Assembly: GCF_022045235.1 (NCBI RefSeq)
Contig: NW_027266308.1
Span: forward strand, 37,076,001-37,140,000
Origin: Haliotis cracherodii
Lineage: Eukaryota
DNA length: 64,000 nt
Direction of reading: 5' to 3'
Positions 51,784 to 64,000 of this stretch are shown here, piece by piece. The translations under genes and the position numbers were made by a program. The notes below the pieces were generated by a model, which ran no database searches, was not told the DNA's origin, and saw only the letters and a program-made list of their open reading frames with translations. Position 1 is the first letter of the stretch; every line of letters begins with the position of its first letter.

Positions 51784-53343
51784 ATGTTCCTGCATCTGGC
51801 CGCCATCCTGATTCTCACTGTGGGGTCATGCTCGGGAAATTCCGTGACGGACTTCGAAGACTGTGGTAAGTGACGTAATGGTCGGAATAACACCACGTGG
51901 GAGTCACGAACGAGCACCGTGACTCCTATCTAGACAGTGGACATAGGGTTCGCAAAAATCGTAATTTGGAAAAAAACATACATGTTTTGAACATATACTA
52001 TGTTGACGTTTTATCATGAAGTGAGTAAACTATGCGGTAGGCAATCCTATAGTTTTACGTAGGAAAATTGAACATATCCGTTTTAGTCAACTCAAATCTA
52101 ACGATGCATATAAATCTATAGCATTATCTATGTTTTTTGGTTGGTTGGTTTGTTGTTTAACGCCGCACTCAGCAATATTCAAGCTATATGACGGCGGTCT
52201 GAAAATAATCGAGTTGATCCACGCAATTGGGATCGATGACATGCATCAACCAAGTCAGCGAGCCTGGCGACCCGATCCCGTTAGTCGCCTTTAAAGGCAA
52301 GCATGGGTTGCTGAAGATCTATTCTACCCCGGATCTTCACGGGTCCATTATCTATGTGATTACCCTTATTCTACAAATGGCACGTATTTTCCTCTTGCAG
52401 GCTCGAGTGTTGGTGAAATCAACAACATTGACATTACTCCTTGTGACCACCCCTCCTCCCGGTGTAGAATTCCCCGGGGCACCAACGCCACTCTCGCCGT
52501 CAACTTCACCGCAAGTACGTCATGCAGGGTTACCCGAATGTACAACTCGTCATCGAAACCTTGAAACATACTTTCCTAGCTATTTATTAAATACACATAT
52601 ACAACTCCCTGTTTAACCTGTCATTGAACACCTTTCATACATTCTCTGTTGAAGATGGGCTGATTACCTCAGCTAAAACCTTCATATGGGGAATTGTTGA
52701 CGACAATATGTACCCATTTCCGGTTCCGCTGGATGCGTGTGAGCACATGAAGTGTCCTTTACAGAGCGGAAGCCAGGCCGTCTACAACAACGTATTCTTC
52801 TTATCTGCAGTGTTACCACCGGTACGACCAAAACACACGGGTGGCCCAGTCGTCTAAGGCGCCGCGATTCGCTGTGCAGGGTTGCGTCCCTTAGGCACGA
52901 TAGACATCTTTGATTGTGGGTTCGAATCCCGGTTCGCCCCGGTTCTAGGTTTGTCAGCACCATATCCGTGCTCGTGGGTTTCACCGAAGTGGTAAACGTC
53001 TGAGACCTGCATCACTTCGGGCTTTCCTCCCACATTTAGCCGACACGCCGTGATATTACTGGAATACTGTTAAAAGCGGCGTTAAACCCAACTTACTTAC
53101 TCACCAATCGCTTGATGGTGATGTGTAATCTCTTAATGGTAATATGTAATCTCTTTATTGTGATGTGTGATCTTTTAATGGTAATATGTAATCTCTAAAT
53201 TGTAATAGATTACTTTTTAATCCTGCACATATCAAATCCCTGTATTGACGTTTCAGATAAATGCGACGGCCAAGTTCGAGCTGGTTGATCAACTCGACAG
53301 ACGAATTATCTGCTTCACTGTTCCCGTACTGCTCGCGTGGTGA
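51784..53343 (+). CDS. NPC2: Divergent NPC2-like ML-domain protein, paralog D
   Basis: Exons 51784-51865 (MFLHLAAILILTVGSCSGNSVTDFEDC), 52401-52514 (GSSVGEINNIDITPCDHPSSRCRIPRGTNATLAVNFTA), 52655-52821 (NGLITSAKTFIWGIVDDNMYPFPVPLDACEHMKCPL...FFLSAVLPP), 53257-53343 (INATAKFELVDQLDRRIICFTVPVLLAW*). Six cysteines in the mature region, intact frame. Confidence 0.9.
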
Positions 53344-56109
53344 TGTCACCGGGTGGCCATATCATATATTTATAGTTAATAAAAATTATAAGAAGCAAAC
53401 GAAATTTAATGATTTAACAGCATTGTTGACGATATGACCTATCATTATCACATGGTCACAATATATTATCACAATGAAACTTACTCGACAGGGTTTTCAC
53501 CACTACATCATTACTCCAACTTGAAAAGTATGTTTAGAAGGAAAGTGTTACAGGAGTGAGCGTATCATTGATTTACGAAGCTCAATTACTATTACTATCA
53601 CATAATGGAATTGTGATATCATTTTCAAAAATTCATATCCTTCCAGCTTTAAATGAATACATTACATTATATATCATAATAAATATATTACCCATTCCGT
53701 GCATGTTCTGACTCCCACATATCACATGTACGAGAATTGACTGAGAATGAGTGAATATTGTTCTACGTCAATCAGGAATGTTCCAGCCGTTTCACCCAAT
53801 ACTATTTGAACATTAATTTAAAAACTACAACATTTTGTCATGCCGAAACTGCGTCAGAACTTCTATCTGTCGAATCTTTACATTTTTGTTTTTTGCAAAC
53901 GTCAGCTATGAAACAACGCAATACAACATACATTACATCAGAAATATATTACTGTATGCCCATCAAAGTACAAGTCAGTCTAACATGTCTATATGTTGCA
54001 CTCTGAAGTATACAGCTAAATGAACCATGATATGATCAATATAAACACAGATTCAAGCTTATCGGCAGTCGTAGCAAGTACTTGAAATACTTCGCTGTGC
54101 ACATCTGTCTCAGTTTCTCGTTGCACTTTTGTTATTATGTGTTTGTTGAACAATTTAACGCCGTACTCTGCAGTATTCCAGTTATATGACGGCGGTCTGT
54201 AAATAAGTAATTCTTCATATATGACAAGATGTGTTTAATCTTTGCAAGATACATTTAAAGTTCCAAATCCAGTTAACCATAACAAGATTATCATACTTAC
54301 ACTTCGCAAGATACATTTAAACTTTTCAAAGTCAGTAAAACTTGACAAAAAATGTTTAAACATCGCATTTACGGCACATTTGAGGCACAGCTTGAGGGGT
54401 TGGGGTTGGGGTGTGTGGGGTGTGCGTGTGGCGTGGGTGTATGTATGTGGGGATGGGTGTGTGTGAGTGTGGGGCGGCTGGGGTGGTGTGTGTGGGTGTG
54501 GGTGTGGGTGTGGGTGGTTGTATAAACTATATATTCTGGGGTAAGTAATTAAGACCCACAAAACTGTCAGGGCTTGTGAACAGAATGGAACAGAGAACAC
54601 TCCTGGGACTCCGACATGAAGGAAGGGTAATGCCGGAAGTGTAAGCAGGTAGTTCTGGTTGTAAATCAACTACCTGCCCTTGTTGTTGGAGAGGAAACCG
54701 TTGTTCCCGGCTGAGCCACTGCAGTGTGAGTTGGCATAGTAGTATTGTTCGCTTGTCAATGACAATACTAAGATGTACATAAACACACCCCGTAAATGTT
54801 TGGTACATTCATTACCGTGGAAATGGAAAACAAATGTTTTAATTTGATCATACATGCAGTATATCTGTTACATAACCATCACCGATGTGAGTATAATCGT
54901 CATGGCATGTAGTTAAAAAGTAAGCAACGAGAATGGAGTTGTTTATCGTACAATAAAACAATACAGGGAGAAGAAACCACGCGGGGGGCTGCCAACTGTC
55001 TTATAAAATAAATATGACGTCATAGATTGCCTAATTAGAAACAATTACATTAAGGATTGAATAGAGTTTGGAATTGTATTTATTTCAACGTTCTTTTAGC
55101 TCCAAAAAGCATTCTTCTTTTCATGTTTAACATTGTTTCAAAGAGGATTGATAAGAAAATAAATGTCGTTCTGTGAATTTGATTTGCATCCTCAATTCCC
55201 AGGTACATTAACATCTATTATGGACATATGCATTCTTAGTATTTTTTGAAGCAAACATTAAATGAAAGTACACAAACAATTCAAACAGGTTGGCTCTTGA
55301 TAAAGGTGCTCTTTGGTCCGTTACAGCAGGATATCTAAAAGAGTTTTGTCATCGGCAAGAACTTCCAAAAAGTGAACTTAAATTAAAAAAAATCCGAATT
55401 AATATTCGCAATGAATATGTTATTATGTAATGTTCGCAAGAAGGTTGTAGCGTGGGATCGTGGAACATTGCCCCTGTTTAACGCTATGTTAAGGTCTGCT
55501 GTTGAATGGAAGTCTAGTTGGCTGTCTCGATCGCGTCTCGTTCACCGGAAAGATCTTTATGCGTCGATACTGATCTGTCACGTGTCATCTACATATAACG
55601 AGAAGAGTAACTCACACGTTAAAGAGTTCCCGGCAATCGTCCGTCACCCACAATCATCTCCGGTCATCTGCTATCAGGTCACTGGTATCAGGTCAATGGT
55701 CTCTTCATCTCTGACCTAATCGAAACCACCCCACAACATGTCTTTGCATAGCATGTGGTTTTAAATCATATTGTTACATTTATGAATAGGTACAGACACA
55801 AACATCTTTACTTTTTAGAGAAATACGTCTCAGCCTAATTTTATTATGATAATGCTAATCTTTTCCAAATATATATTTTGCATTTTCCGAACTCGACGTG
55901 AAATGCAACATGTCGAATATCCATCAGTTGTACAACATCACTTGCACCAGGACCATTGTCTCCTTGACATTTATTTGAAACAATGTCAGCACATAGACGT
56001 CCAAATTTGAAGGTCACCATGACGATAAGATACCATGGCTAAGTTAGAACACCGACATTAACCTCGTGGTTCAGATGCAGTTGTGTTGGACTTGACGCAT
56101 CCCTTGAAT

Positions 56110-58113
56110 ATGTTCCTGCATCTGGCGGCCATCCTGATTCTCACTGTGGGATCATGCTCGGGAGATTCCGTGACGGAGTACAAAGACTGCGGTTAGTGAC
56201 GTAAATACTCTACATTTTCAGAATAACACCACGTGAGTGTCACGAACGAGCACCGTGACTCCTATCTATAAAGTGGACATAGATTGCATGAAAAGAAATC
56301 AATAAAAACATAAATTTAAAACTGATATTGAAAAAAGCTTAATGCAGACGATTTGCTAACATGCTAAGTAAAGGATATTTCTTTATTTTAAGTGTTTTGA
56401 TAGGTTTTACAAATGTTATTCAATATTATCCTATTGAGTCAACTCAGTGGTATTAAAACGATATATATCAGCCTATAACAGGTTTGATTACCCTTATTGC
56501 ACAGAGATAATGTCTCAGTTTCACACAAGGCAGCATTTACAACACTTAGACGTTCAGTGCAAATGGGCAGCGGATTAGTTTAATGCAGATTGGCACCCAC
56601 CATTTCCTTGTTTATTTGTTGTTTAACGGCACACTTAGCAGTATTACAGGTAAGTGGCGGCAGTCTGCACACAATCGAGTCTGGATCATACAAACCAGTG
56701 ATTGATATTATGAGCACCGATCCACGCCATCGGAGCACGCTGACACTTATACAACCACGTCACTAAGCCGGACCACCCAATTTATTACTTCGCCTCTTAC
56801 AACCAGTATAGGATGTTTTGAACCTACACTAACCAATCTTTCCGAGGCAATATATAAGATTAATATATATGGACCTTTCTACCAAGATTTTGCTGAAAAG
56901 GCTAGTTGACGGTCTTGCCTCGATGATACTAACCGGCATTCCTACGTCCCTTATAACGACTGATAGAGTATTTACAACGTCAGAGATGTATAAGCCCTTT
57001 CCCCAACATTTAGTAAAAGTTAATAACAGCTGGCAAAAGGGCATGTATATATCATGTATGAATTATCAGTATATTGGACGTACTTTCCACTTGCAGGCTC
57101 GAGTGTTGGTGAAATCAACCGCATAGACATAACTCCTTGTAAGAGCAGCGTCAGGTGTGGCATTCCACGGGGCATCAACGCCACTCTCGCCGTCAACTTT
57201 ACCGCAGGTACGTCACGTAGGCTTCCCCAAACGAACAACTTGGTATCTGAACATTCGACTAGAAACACACTTACCTGAACTCCCGATTTAATATACTAAC
57301 GCTTTCCTGTTTCACTTGTTTCTCGAAAGCAATTGTAATCTGACAGCACACATATGCATTCTCTGTTAAAGCTGTCATGCAGGGTTACCCGAATGTACAA
57401 CTCGTCATCGAAACCTTGAAACATACTTTCCTAGCTATTTATTAAATACACATATACAACTCCCTGTTTAACCTGTCATTGAACACCTTTCATACATTCT
57501 CTGTTGAAGATGGGCTGATTACCTCAGCTAGAACCTTCATATGGGGAATTGTTGACGACAATTTGTTCCCATATCCTGTTCCGCTGGATGCGTGTGAGCA
57601 CATGAAGTGTCCTTTACAGAGCGGAAGCCAGGCCGTCTACAACAACGCATTCTTCATTTCGGAAGCATTTCCTAAGGTACAACCTACACACAATATCATT
57701 AAAATGAGATCCCTTTACCCAGTAAATGTAACGAGTAACAGTTCATATAATAAAATCTAATTTTAAAGATCGACCTTATACAAATCATTGATTCTTACAG
57801 CAACAACATAGGTTACCGTAGTTTTTTTTAGAGTTGCGTCGTATGAGGATAACAGATGTGGATTTGATTAAACTGGAACTATACTGGTGGTTGATTGGTA
57901 TACCTGCTACACAGGCAGCTCTTAATACGTGTGCCCTTCTCCCGTTCTCTTCGTTTTTGCTTTAAAACTTAATTGTGATATGTAATCTTTTAATCCTTCA
58001 CATAGCAAATCCATGTGTTTCAGATAAATGTGACGGCCAAGTTTCAGCTGGTTGATCAGCTCGACAGACGCATAATCTGTTTCACAGTTCCTATACAGGT
58101 CTTGTGGGGATGA
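56110..58113 (+). CDS. NPC2: Divergent NPC2-like ML-domain protein, paralog E (sister of D)
   Basis: Exons 56110-56191 (donor GTTAGT), 57097-57207, 57510-57676 (DGLITSARTFIWGIVDDNLFPYPVPLDACEHMKCPL...FFISEAFPK), 58024-58113 (INVTAKFQLVDQLDRRIICFTVPIQVLWG*). Intact frame. Confidence 0.9.
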
Positions 58114-58174
58114 CCACGTGTATTTATAGTTAATACAAATCTATACGAAGCAAACGTGTTATAATGATTTAACG

Positions 58175-58464
58175 TGAGTGAGTGAGTGAGTGAGTGAGTG
58201 AGTTTGGTTTAACGCCGCTTTTAAAGGTATTCCAGTTATATCGCGGCGTGTCAGCTTAATGTGGGAGAAAAGCCCGAAGTGATGCAAGTCTCAGACGTTT
58301 ACCACTTCGGTGAAACCCACGAGCACGGGTATGGTGCTGACAAACCTAGAAACATAATCGGGGCGAACCGGGATTCGAACCCACAATCATTTCTGGCATG
58401 CCCAAGGGACGCAACTCTGCTCAGGGAATCGCGGCGCTTTAGACGACTTGGCACCCGTGCCCCC
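58175..58464 (-). mobile_element. SINE F3 inserted just downstream of the NPC2-E stop codon
   Basis: TSD AATGATTTAACG. The paralogous site after NPC2-D (about 53408-53420, AATGATTTAAC) is empty. Confidence 0.85.
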
Positions 58465-58982
58465 AATGATTTAACGAGTCCTACAGAACTGTTGACGTAA
58501 AATCACGAAATGCAGCTATCATTGTCACATGGTCACAACATTATGCCGGACGGCTTGATAATGATAAAGAAGACAACCTATCTTTACTCTAAAGAATCAA
58601 GAGTGGAGACAAAGAGAGTATCATATTGTTTTTGACTTAACTCGCGTTCAATCGTAAAATTAAGAACGAAATATACTGGTTGGTAAACATACTGTGACAC
58701 ACATTTGAGTGTTATCTTTGGATCGCATGACCACTGTATATATTACATACATAATACCATCACCACGCGCTGCCTTCTTGAAAATGTCACAAGATCACTT
58801 TGTGAATTTACGTAACAGATTAATGTATCATTATATATCGAGGCAGTCTGGAAGTTATCAAATCCGTACCAGGTCTTGATAACAACAGCAACACGCCATG
58901 ACATCAGCATGTCACATAATCAACCATGTAGGTCACTGTAACCACAGAATCCTAATTTTGTGTCGGCTCTGACGACACACCA

Positions 58983-59080
58983 GGTCCTTGTTTCGCGAAG
59001 CGATTATAGCAATACGACTGTTGTAACTTAACACACACTTACGACAGTCTTAGCTGCGATCGCTTTGTGAAACGGGACCC
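58983..59080. mobile_element. Short palindromic MITE; a related copy at about 60889-61181 carries a nested SINE F1
   Basis: Inverted ends GGTCCTTGTTTCGCGAAGCGAT and ATCGCTTTGTGAAACGGGACC. Confidence 0.65.
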
Positions 59081-59860
59081 ACTTACTGAAATCCACTAAC
59101 AAAACACGAGGACGGTGAGGTAGCCTAGAGCATAAATCGTTCGCTCGTCACGCCCATGGCCCGAGTTCGATTCGCCAAATAGCCCAACTCACACAATCTG
59201 TAGATATACATTATAGCCCAGCATTCAGTTTGATCATGATTAGGAGACACCACAAGCACAAAAATTTGCGCCATGCGTTTGTCCTGGGTCGGATACTCGG
59301 AAGAACCCTCTGGCATTTCCTCTTAGCGGTACATTCTGCTATACGAGAGCACTTATCTTTCCCCTCACCTCACAGCACTCCCAACGGCCAATCAACAACG
59401 CAAAGTGTTACTAGTTTGTTTGTTGTTTAACGCCGCACTCACGACAGTCTGTAAATAATCGAGTCTATTCGAGACAATCCAGTGATTGACATCATGAGCA
59501 TCGATCTAAGCAGTTGGTATACGATGACATGCATCAACCAAGTCAGCGAACAACACAGACAAGGTGTTAGATAAGAATGTTATTCGCGTATAACCAGTGG
59601 ATAAATCCATTGTCATGTGCAGAAGCTCATTGAAACCAGTTGACCAATACACGAGCCACCACCGATCTACGTACTAGCCTACATCGAGTTTATCAGCGGA
59701 ACTAGGATGAGATAAATAGCCAGTGATGTCGAGTCAGTACTGAGTCAATAGCTTCATGACCGTGACGTGAACGATAAGATTTAGTGTCATCAACACCGAC
59801 GCCGTGGAATACCGGACTTCTGATCTTGTAAGATTGGGCCAACTGCAAACACACACCGTC

Positions 59861-59942
59861 ATGAACGTACTCGCCTGCGTCGCTGTCTTTGCGACTTTGA
59901 TGTTCATGGGCCAAGCGGAGCCCATCAATTTCAAGAACTGCG
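59861..59942 (+). CDS. NPC2: Exon 1 of a sixth NPC2-like gene (paralog F); the rest is presumably beyond the window
   Basis: 82 nt, MNVLACVAVFATLMFMGQAEPINFKNC+G then donor GTGAGA. AEPINFKNCG closely matches the vertebrate NPC2 signal/mature junction AEPVQFKDCG. Confidence 0.85.
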
Positions 59943-61576
59943 GTGAGAGCATGTTATTTTCTACTGTCGTCCTTTAACGCGAAAGGACGCGTAATTTTAA
60001 CAGGGCGTGACAAGATACCTTAGCCCAAGGCACATTTGCGAATAATGAGAGCTCATAATGTATTTGCACAAAGCGATCTCAACGCTTCAACTGTCGCAGC
60101 TCCCAAAAGTTTTACTCGATGCGAAATCGTAGCTAAGTACTTATCCACTTTTACTTTTCGACATCTGCAGGTCGCTAAAAAACCAATTGTAGATACTAGA
60201 GTCAAAAGTTTCCAAAGTCAGCCAGGAGTAGTTCTGAGAAAAAAGTGAAAACGTAAAAAGTCCTTTCCGTCCATATTCTCAGAAAATAAGTCAAATATCA
60301 AATGTCTAAAAGAAACAATAAAAGGCTTGAAAATGATGATGCCAAATTTGGCTTTGTTTTTTGTGTGTGTTTTTTTGGTATGGTAGAAAACAAAATCTAC
60401 TAACTTAAAAGAGGCCAAAGTAGGACTATGCATGTTTATGTTTAATACCATATAATAATGTTCAATAACAGTGTTATTTTTTACCGAAAAGGGTTTTATG
60501 GGGTTCGTCAATAATATCATGACAACAGTATGTGTACCATGTACAGATTAGCCTTATTATAATGTGTCTAAGTGACAGAAATACACAATCCTATGCACAA
60601 ACACTACAAGTAAATTTATTTCAGACATTATGATAACTTTGTGTAAATGAATACAATGGAAAATAATATACTCTGTCCATACCTTTGACTTTGGCCCTAA
60701 TGGAATTGTACCTTGGCCCTTTTTTCAAAATTTTAGTTAACTATAAACTTGAAAGTCGGAACAGTACTATAAATTTATAGGACGTAGAGCCATGTCCAAG
60801 CTTTTAAAATATGACACTAAAGGTTGAAACGTCCAATAATGACTTTGGCACCTTTTGACTGTGGTAACTGTAATTATTATTAGAGACCGGGACCCCGTTC
60901 CACAAAGCGATCGTAGCACTAAGTCGACTATAATCTGATACTTTAACATAGTCTCAAGTATAGCAGTAGTAGGGGCGGTCGGGTAGCCTAGTGGTTAAAG
61001 CGTTCGATCGTCACGCCGAAGACCCGGGTTCGAATCCCGACATGGGTACAATGTGTGAAGCCCATTTCTGGTGTCCCCCGCCGTGATATTGCTGGAATAT
61101 TGCTAAAAGCGGCGTAAAACCAAACTCACTCTCACTCACTACAGCGGTATTGGCGCTACTATCGCCTTGAGGAACGGGCCACAAAATATGTCATAAAGTA
61201 ACAACGGAGTTATACAAAGCTACGATTTAGCAGATTTTACAACAGTCGAATCACAAGAATCGCTATGTACAAGTCGGTCCATTCAGAGCGTCACATCAAA
61301 GCTAATAATGTACTTATCTTTATTTAGTGATTGTAGAAAAAAACATGAAGAAAATGAACACATTGCGTCATATTCACGCGGGCAATACAGCCATATTTTC
61401 CTACTGCGACCTTTCTGTACTTAACACTACAGTACACCGTGAACTGATATGGGACAGTCGAGGGGCACCTGACCTGTGACCCCAAGTAGATGCAGCTGAT
61501 ATCACTTATTATTATCACATTGTTTGTGTAGATCGCAAATGCGTGCCAGCTATTTATGTCATATCTGCATTTAGTA

Positions 61577-63073
61577 TACTGAACCGCAAAAGAAACCCAC
61601 CCAAAGTAAAATTGCATGAAAAGTAGTCATTTCAATATCTCGGTAATTTTTCTCAAAGTTTCTAAAATTTAACATTACCTTAATTTGATGATAAAAAAAC
61701 AAAGCAGGTGACAATAAAACCGATCGCCCAAACGCATCACGGCAACGGCCATGGTAACCCGTTACACGTGAGTTATGTGCAAATTGAAATGCACATGCGT
61801 TCCCCCATTTCTTGCCCTATAAAAATCCACCCAGATTGGATAACATTCATTCGTTATTGAATTGCTACCACATGCCAAGATTGACAAGAAATCAGCGACA
61901 CCAAGCCCTGGACAAACCGCCCGGCAAGTAGACAATGCATTTCAAGTCCACGCAAGGACCATATACAGGCTCCAGCAACGGTACCAGACCACCAACACTA
62001 CATATGACGACCACGTAGTGGAAGACCAAGGGTCACCACCCGACGACAGGATCGTCAGATTGTGCGACAGCATCTTCAAGATTGCTTTGTAAATGCTGCG
62101 GAAACTGCTCGACAGACCATGGGGACACACCAGCGACACATCAGTGCAGACACCGTGCGTCGACGATTGACGAGCAGACACCTCCACTGTCACAGGTCAC
62201 ACCGAGGACTCATTCTGACACCACGTCATCGCCGGGTCCGTCTTCAGTGGGCAACACAGCACCATCATTGGCGCCACCAGCAGTTGAGAAGAGTCCTCTT
62301 CTCAGACGAGAGCCGTTACTGTATCTCAACAGTAGATGGCAGAGAGAGACAGAGACAGAGACTGGCGAAGCCTTGGGGAACGTTGTTCGAATGCTTGTGT
62401 TGTTGATAGAGACTCGTGGGGTGATCCGAGCAACATGTTGTGGTTTGGAATTGGTCATGCAGGGTCGGCCCTGTGGTCTTCCAGAAAATCGGTCACAGCA
62501 GTTCGGTACATTGATCAAGTCTTGAGACCACACGCCATACCTCATTTGGACACGCCACCGCAACCACGAGTTTCAGCATGATAACGCCCGTGCCCACACT
62601 GCGAGAGCAACAAGAGACTTCCTCCAGCAGAATGGGATCAGAACCATGCAGTGGCCTGCCCTCAGTCCCGATTTAAATCCCATTGAGCACCTGTGGGACG
62701 AGATTCAAAGACGGCTGAATGACGGCCGACCAAGGCCGACAACTGCAGCTGAACTGTGACAGGCGTTCCTCAGAGTGTGGGCTTAAGTGCCTATGGCCTT
62801 CATCAACCGCCTCATCCATTCCATGTATCGACGTTGCACGGCAGTCATCGATGCACATGGTGGACACACGAGATACTGATTTGTGATGCCATTTTTCTCA
62901 GAGACTAGTGTTGTGTTTCACTTTAAGAACATTTGACACTTTAATTTCAACCTTGATGATCAGTTTTGCCAAGTTTCATCTTTTTTATATGTCTCACAGG
63001 ATGTTTACAGTGTTTGGACAAATAAGGTTTCTCATATATCTATCCATGGTGACGTTTCTTTTGCGGTTCAGTA
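61577..63073 (+). mobile_element. Tc1 (DD34E) transposon with intact TIRs and a pseudogenised transposase, in intron 1 of NPC2-F
   Basis: TIRs TACTGAACCGCAAAAGAAAC and GTTTCTTTTGCGGTTCAGTA, TA on both sides. Transposase 61872-62879 (MPRLTRNQRHQAL...VLFSDESRY...FQHDNARAH-WPALSPDLNPIEHLW...GGHTRY*), with 34 residues between the second D and E. Contains frameshifts and stops. Confidence 0.93.
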
Positions 63074-63294
63074 TATTAGGTAATGAATGTTTTTTATTCA
63101 TAATCGTCTATTCATTTGTAATGGAATACCCCGTGAACCTCCGTGTTAGAACTACCCTTCAGCAACCCATGCTTGTCGTATTACTAACGGGATCGGGTGG
63201 CCAGGCTCGCTGACTTGGTTGATGGTTGGTCATCGTATCCCAATTACGTGACCCGTAATGGGACGTCCTCAGATCTTTGTTTTGAGGTAGAGCG

Positions 63295-64000
63295 TAGGGC
63301 TGGGATGAGTAATTAGGGTACCCGGGTCGGGTGGGTACTGAGTAGGACCCGGGTACCCACAGGACTTCCCGGACCCGTGGTTACTCACGTGATATATTGT
63401 TCAATGACAAATATGATCTAGAACTCTATGGTTACACTACAAGTCACTAATGTTCACATTTCTTTCTGACTGTGCACCCATTCCTTCTGTTTTTTCATAT
63501 GGTTGAATAAAGATATAACTTAATTCAACTTCAGTGTATGAATGACCAGATTGTTTAATACATGTATCTAAATACCCAAGGAAAACTCTGAATACCCACT
63601 GGGAATGATAACACTCAATGGCTCAGTAAGATGTGTGGAACCCTGTAGGGCTGGGACGGGTAACTCGGGTACCCAGGTCGGGTGGGTACTGAGTAGGACC
63701 CGGGTACCCATGGGACTACCCAGTATCGGGGTTAGTCACTTGATATATTGTTTAGTGACAAAAATTATCTAGAATGCTATATTTGCACTAATGTCACTAA
63801 TGTTTGCATTTCTTTCTGACTATGCACCCATTCCTTCTGATTTTTTATATGGTTGAATAAAGATATAACTTAATTCAACTTCAGTGTATGAATGACCAGA
63901 TTGTTTTTGCCAGGGCTATGCTAAAAATGTTCCCAATCGGACATTTTGAGACATCTCCTGAGACCTACAGTGGGTACCCGGGTAGGGTCGGGTAATAGGG
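63295..64000. mobile_element. Two tandem ends of the TAGGGCTGGGA hAT-like element
   Basis: TAGGGCTGGGA at 63295 and 63646, each followed by about 270 bp of mutually similar sequence homologous (inverted) to about 14400-14755. Confidence 0.7.

Noticed and set aside
54235-54855. Cluster of minus-strand ORFs, a GT-rich G-tract and splice-like signals between NPC2-D and NPC2-E
   Set aside because: No recognisable domain or consistent exon chain; the His/Pro-rich part is just the (GGGTGT)n microsatellite.
60972-61050. tRNA-like sequences here and at other F1/F3/F4 heads
   Set aside because: They are SINE heads: they continue into a shared body and tail, have TSDs, and lack a proper acceptor stem and terminator.
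61872-62879. Possible active Tc1 transposase
   Set aside because: Multiple frameshifts, deletions and in-frame stops; recorded only as a decayed element.

Overview
Eukaryotic, intron-rich and repeat-rich animal DNA. The repeat content suggests a mollusc, possibly a gastropod such as abalone, but this is an inference. Most ORFs in the supplied track are spurious; the real genes are spliced and I reconstructed them by hand from splice sites and reading-frame phase. (1) 2.5-7.4 kb holds the last six coding exons of a Q/S/T-rich transcription factor whose C-terminal motifs resemble serum response factor (SRF); the MADS box is not in the window. One intron needs a GC donor and one has a NAGNAG acceptor. 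A long 3' UTR probably runs to about 11.9 kb. (2) 13.7-60 kb is a head-to-tail tandem array of at least six NPC2/ML-domain lipid-binding protein genes on the + strand. A-E are complete 4-exon genes and only exon 1 of F is in the window. There are seven signal-peptide exons for six genes, because gene B has two candidate first coding exons. The paralogs differ in disulfide pattern and sterol-pocket residues, and show exon-specific homogenisation. (3) Introns and spacers contain at least four SINE-like families with similar 3' tails, two decayed Tc1 transposons, several MITEs, a Penelope-like RT relic, an LTR-like insert and five minisatellites. One abundant non-tRNA short repeat starts with a predicted pseudoknot plus hairpin that shows compensatory changes between copies.
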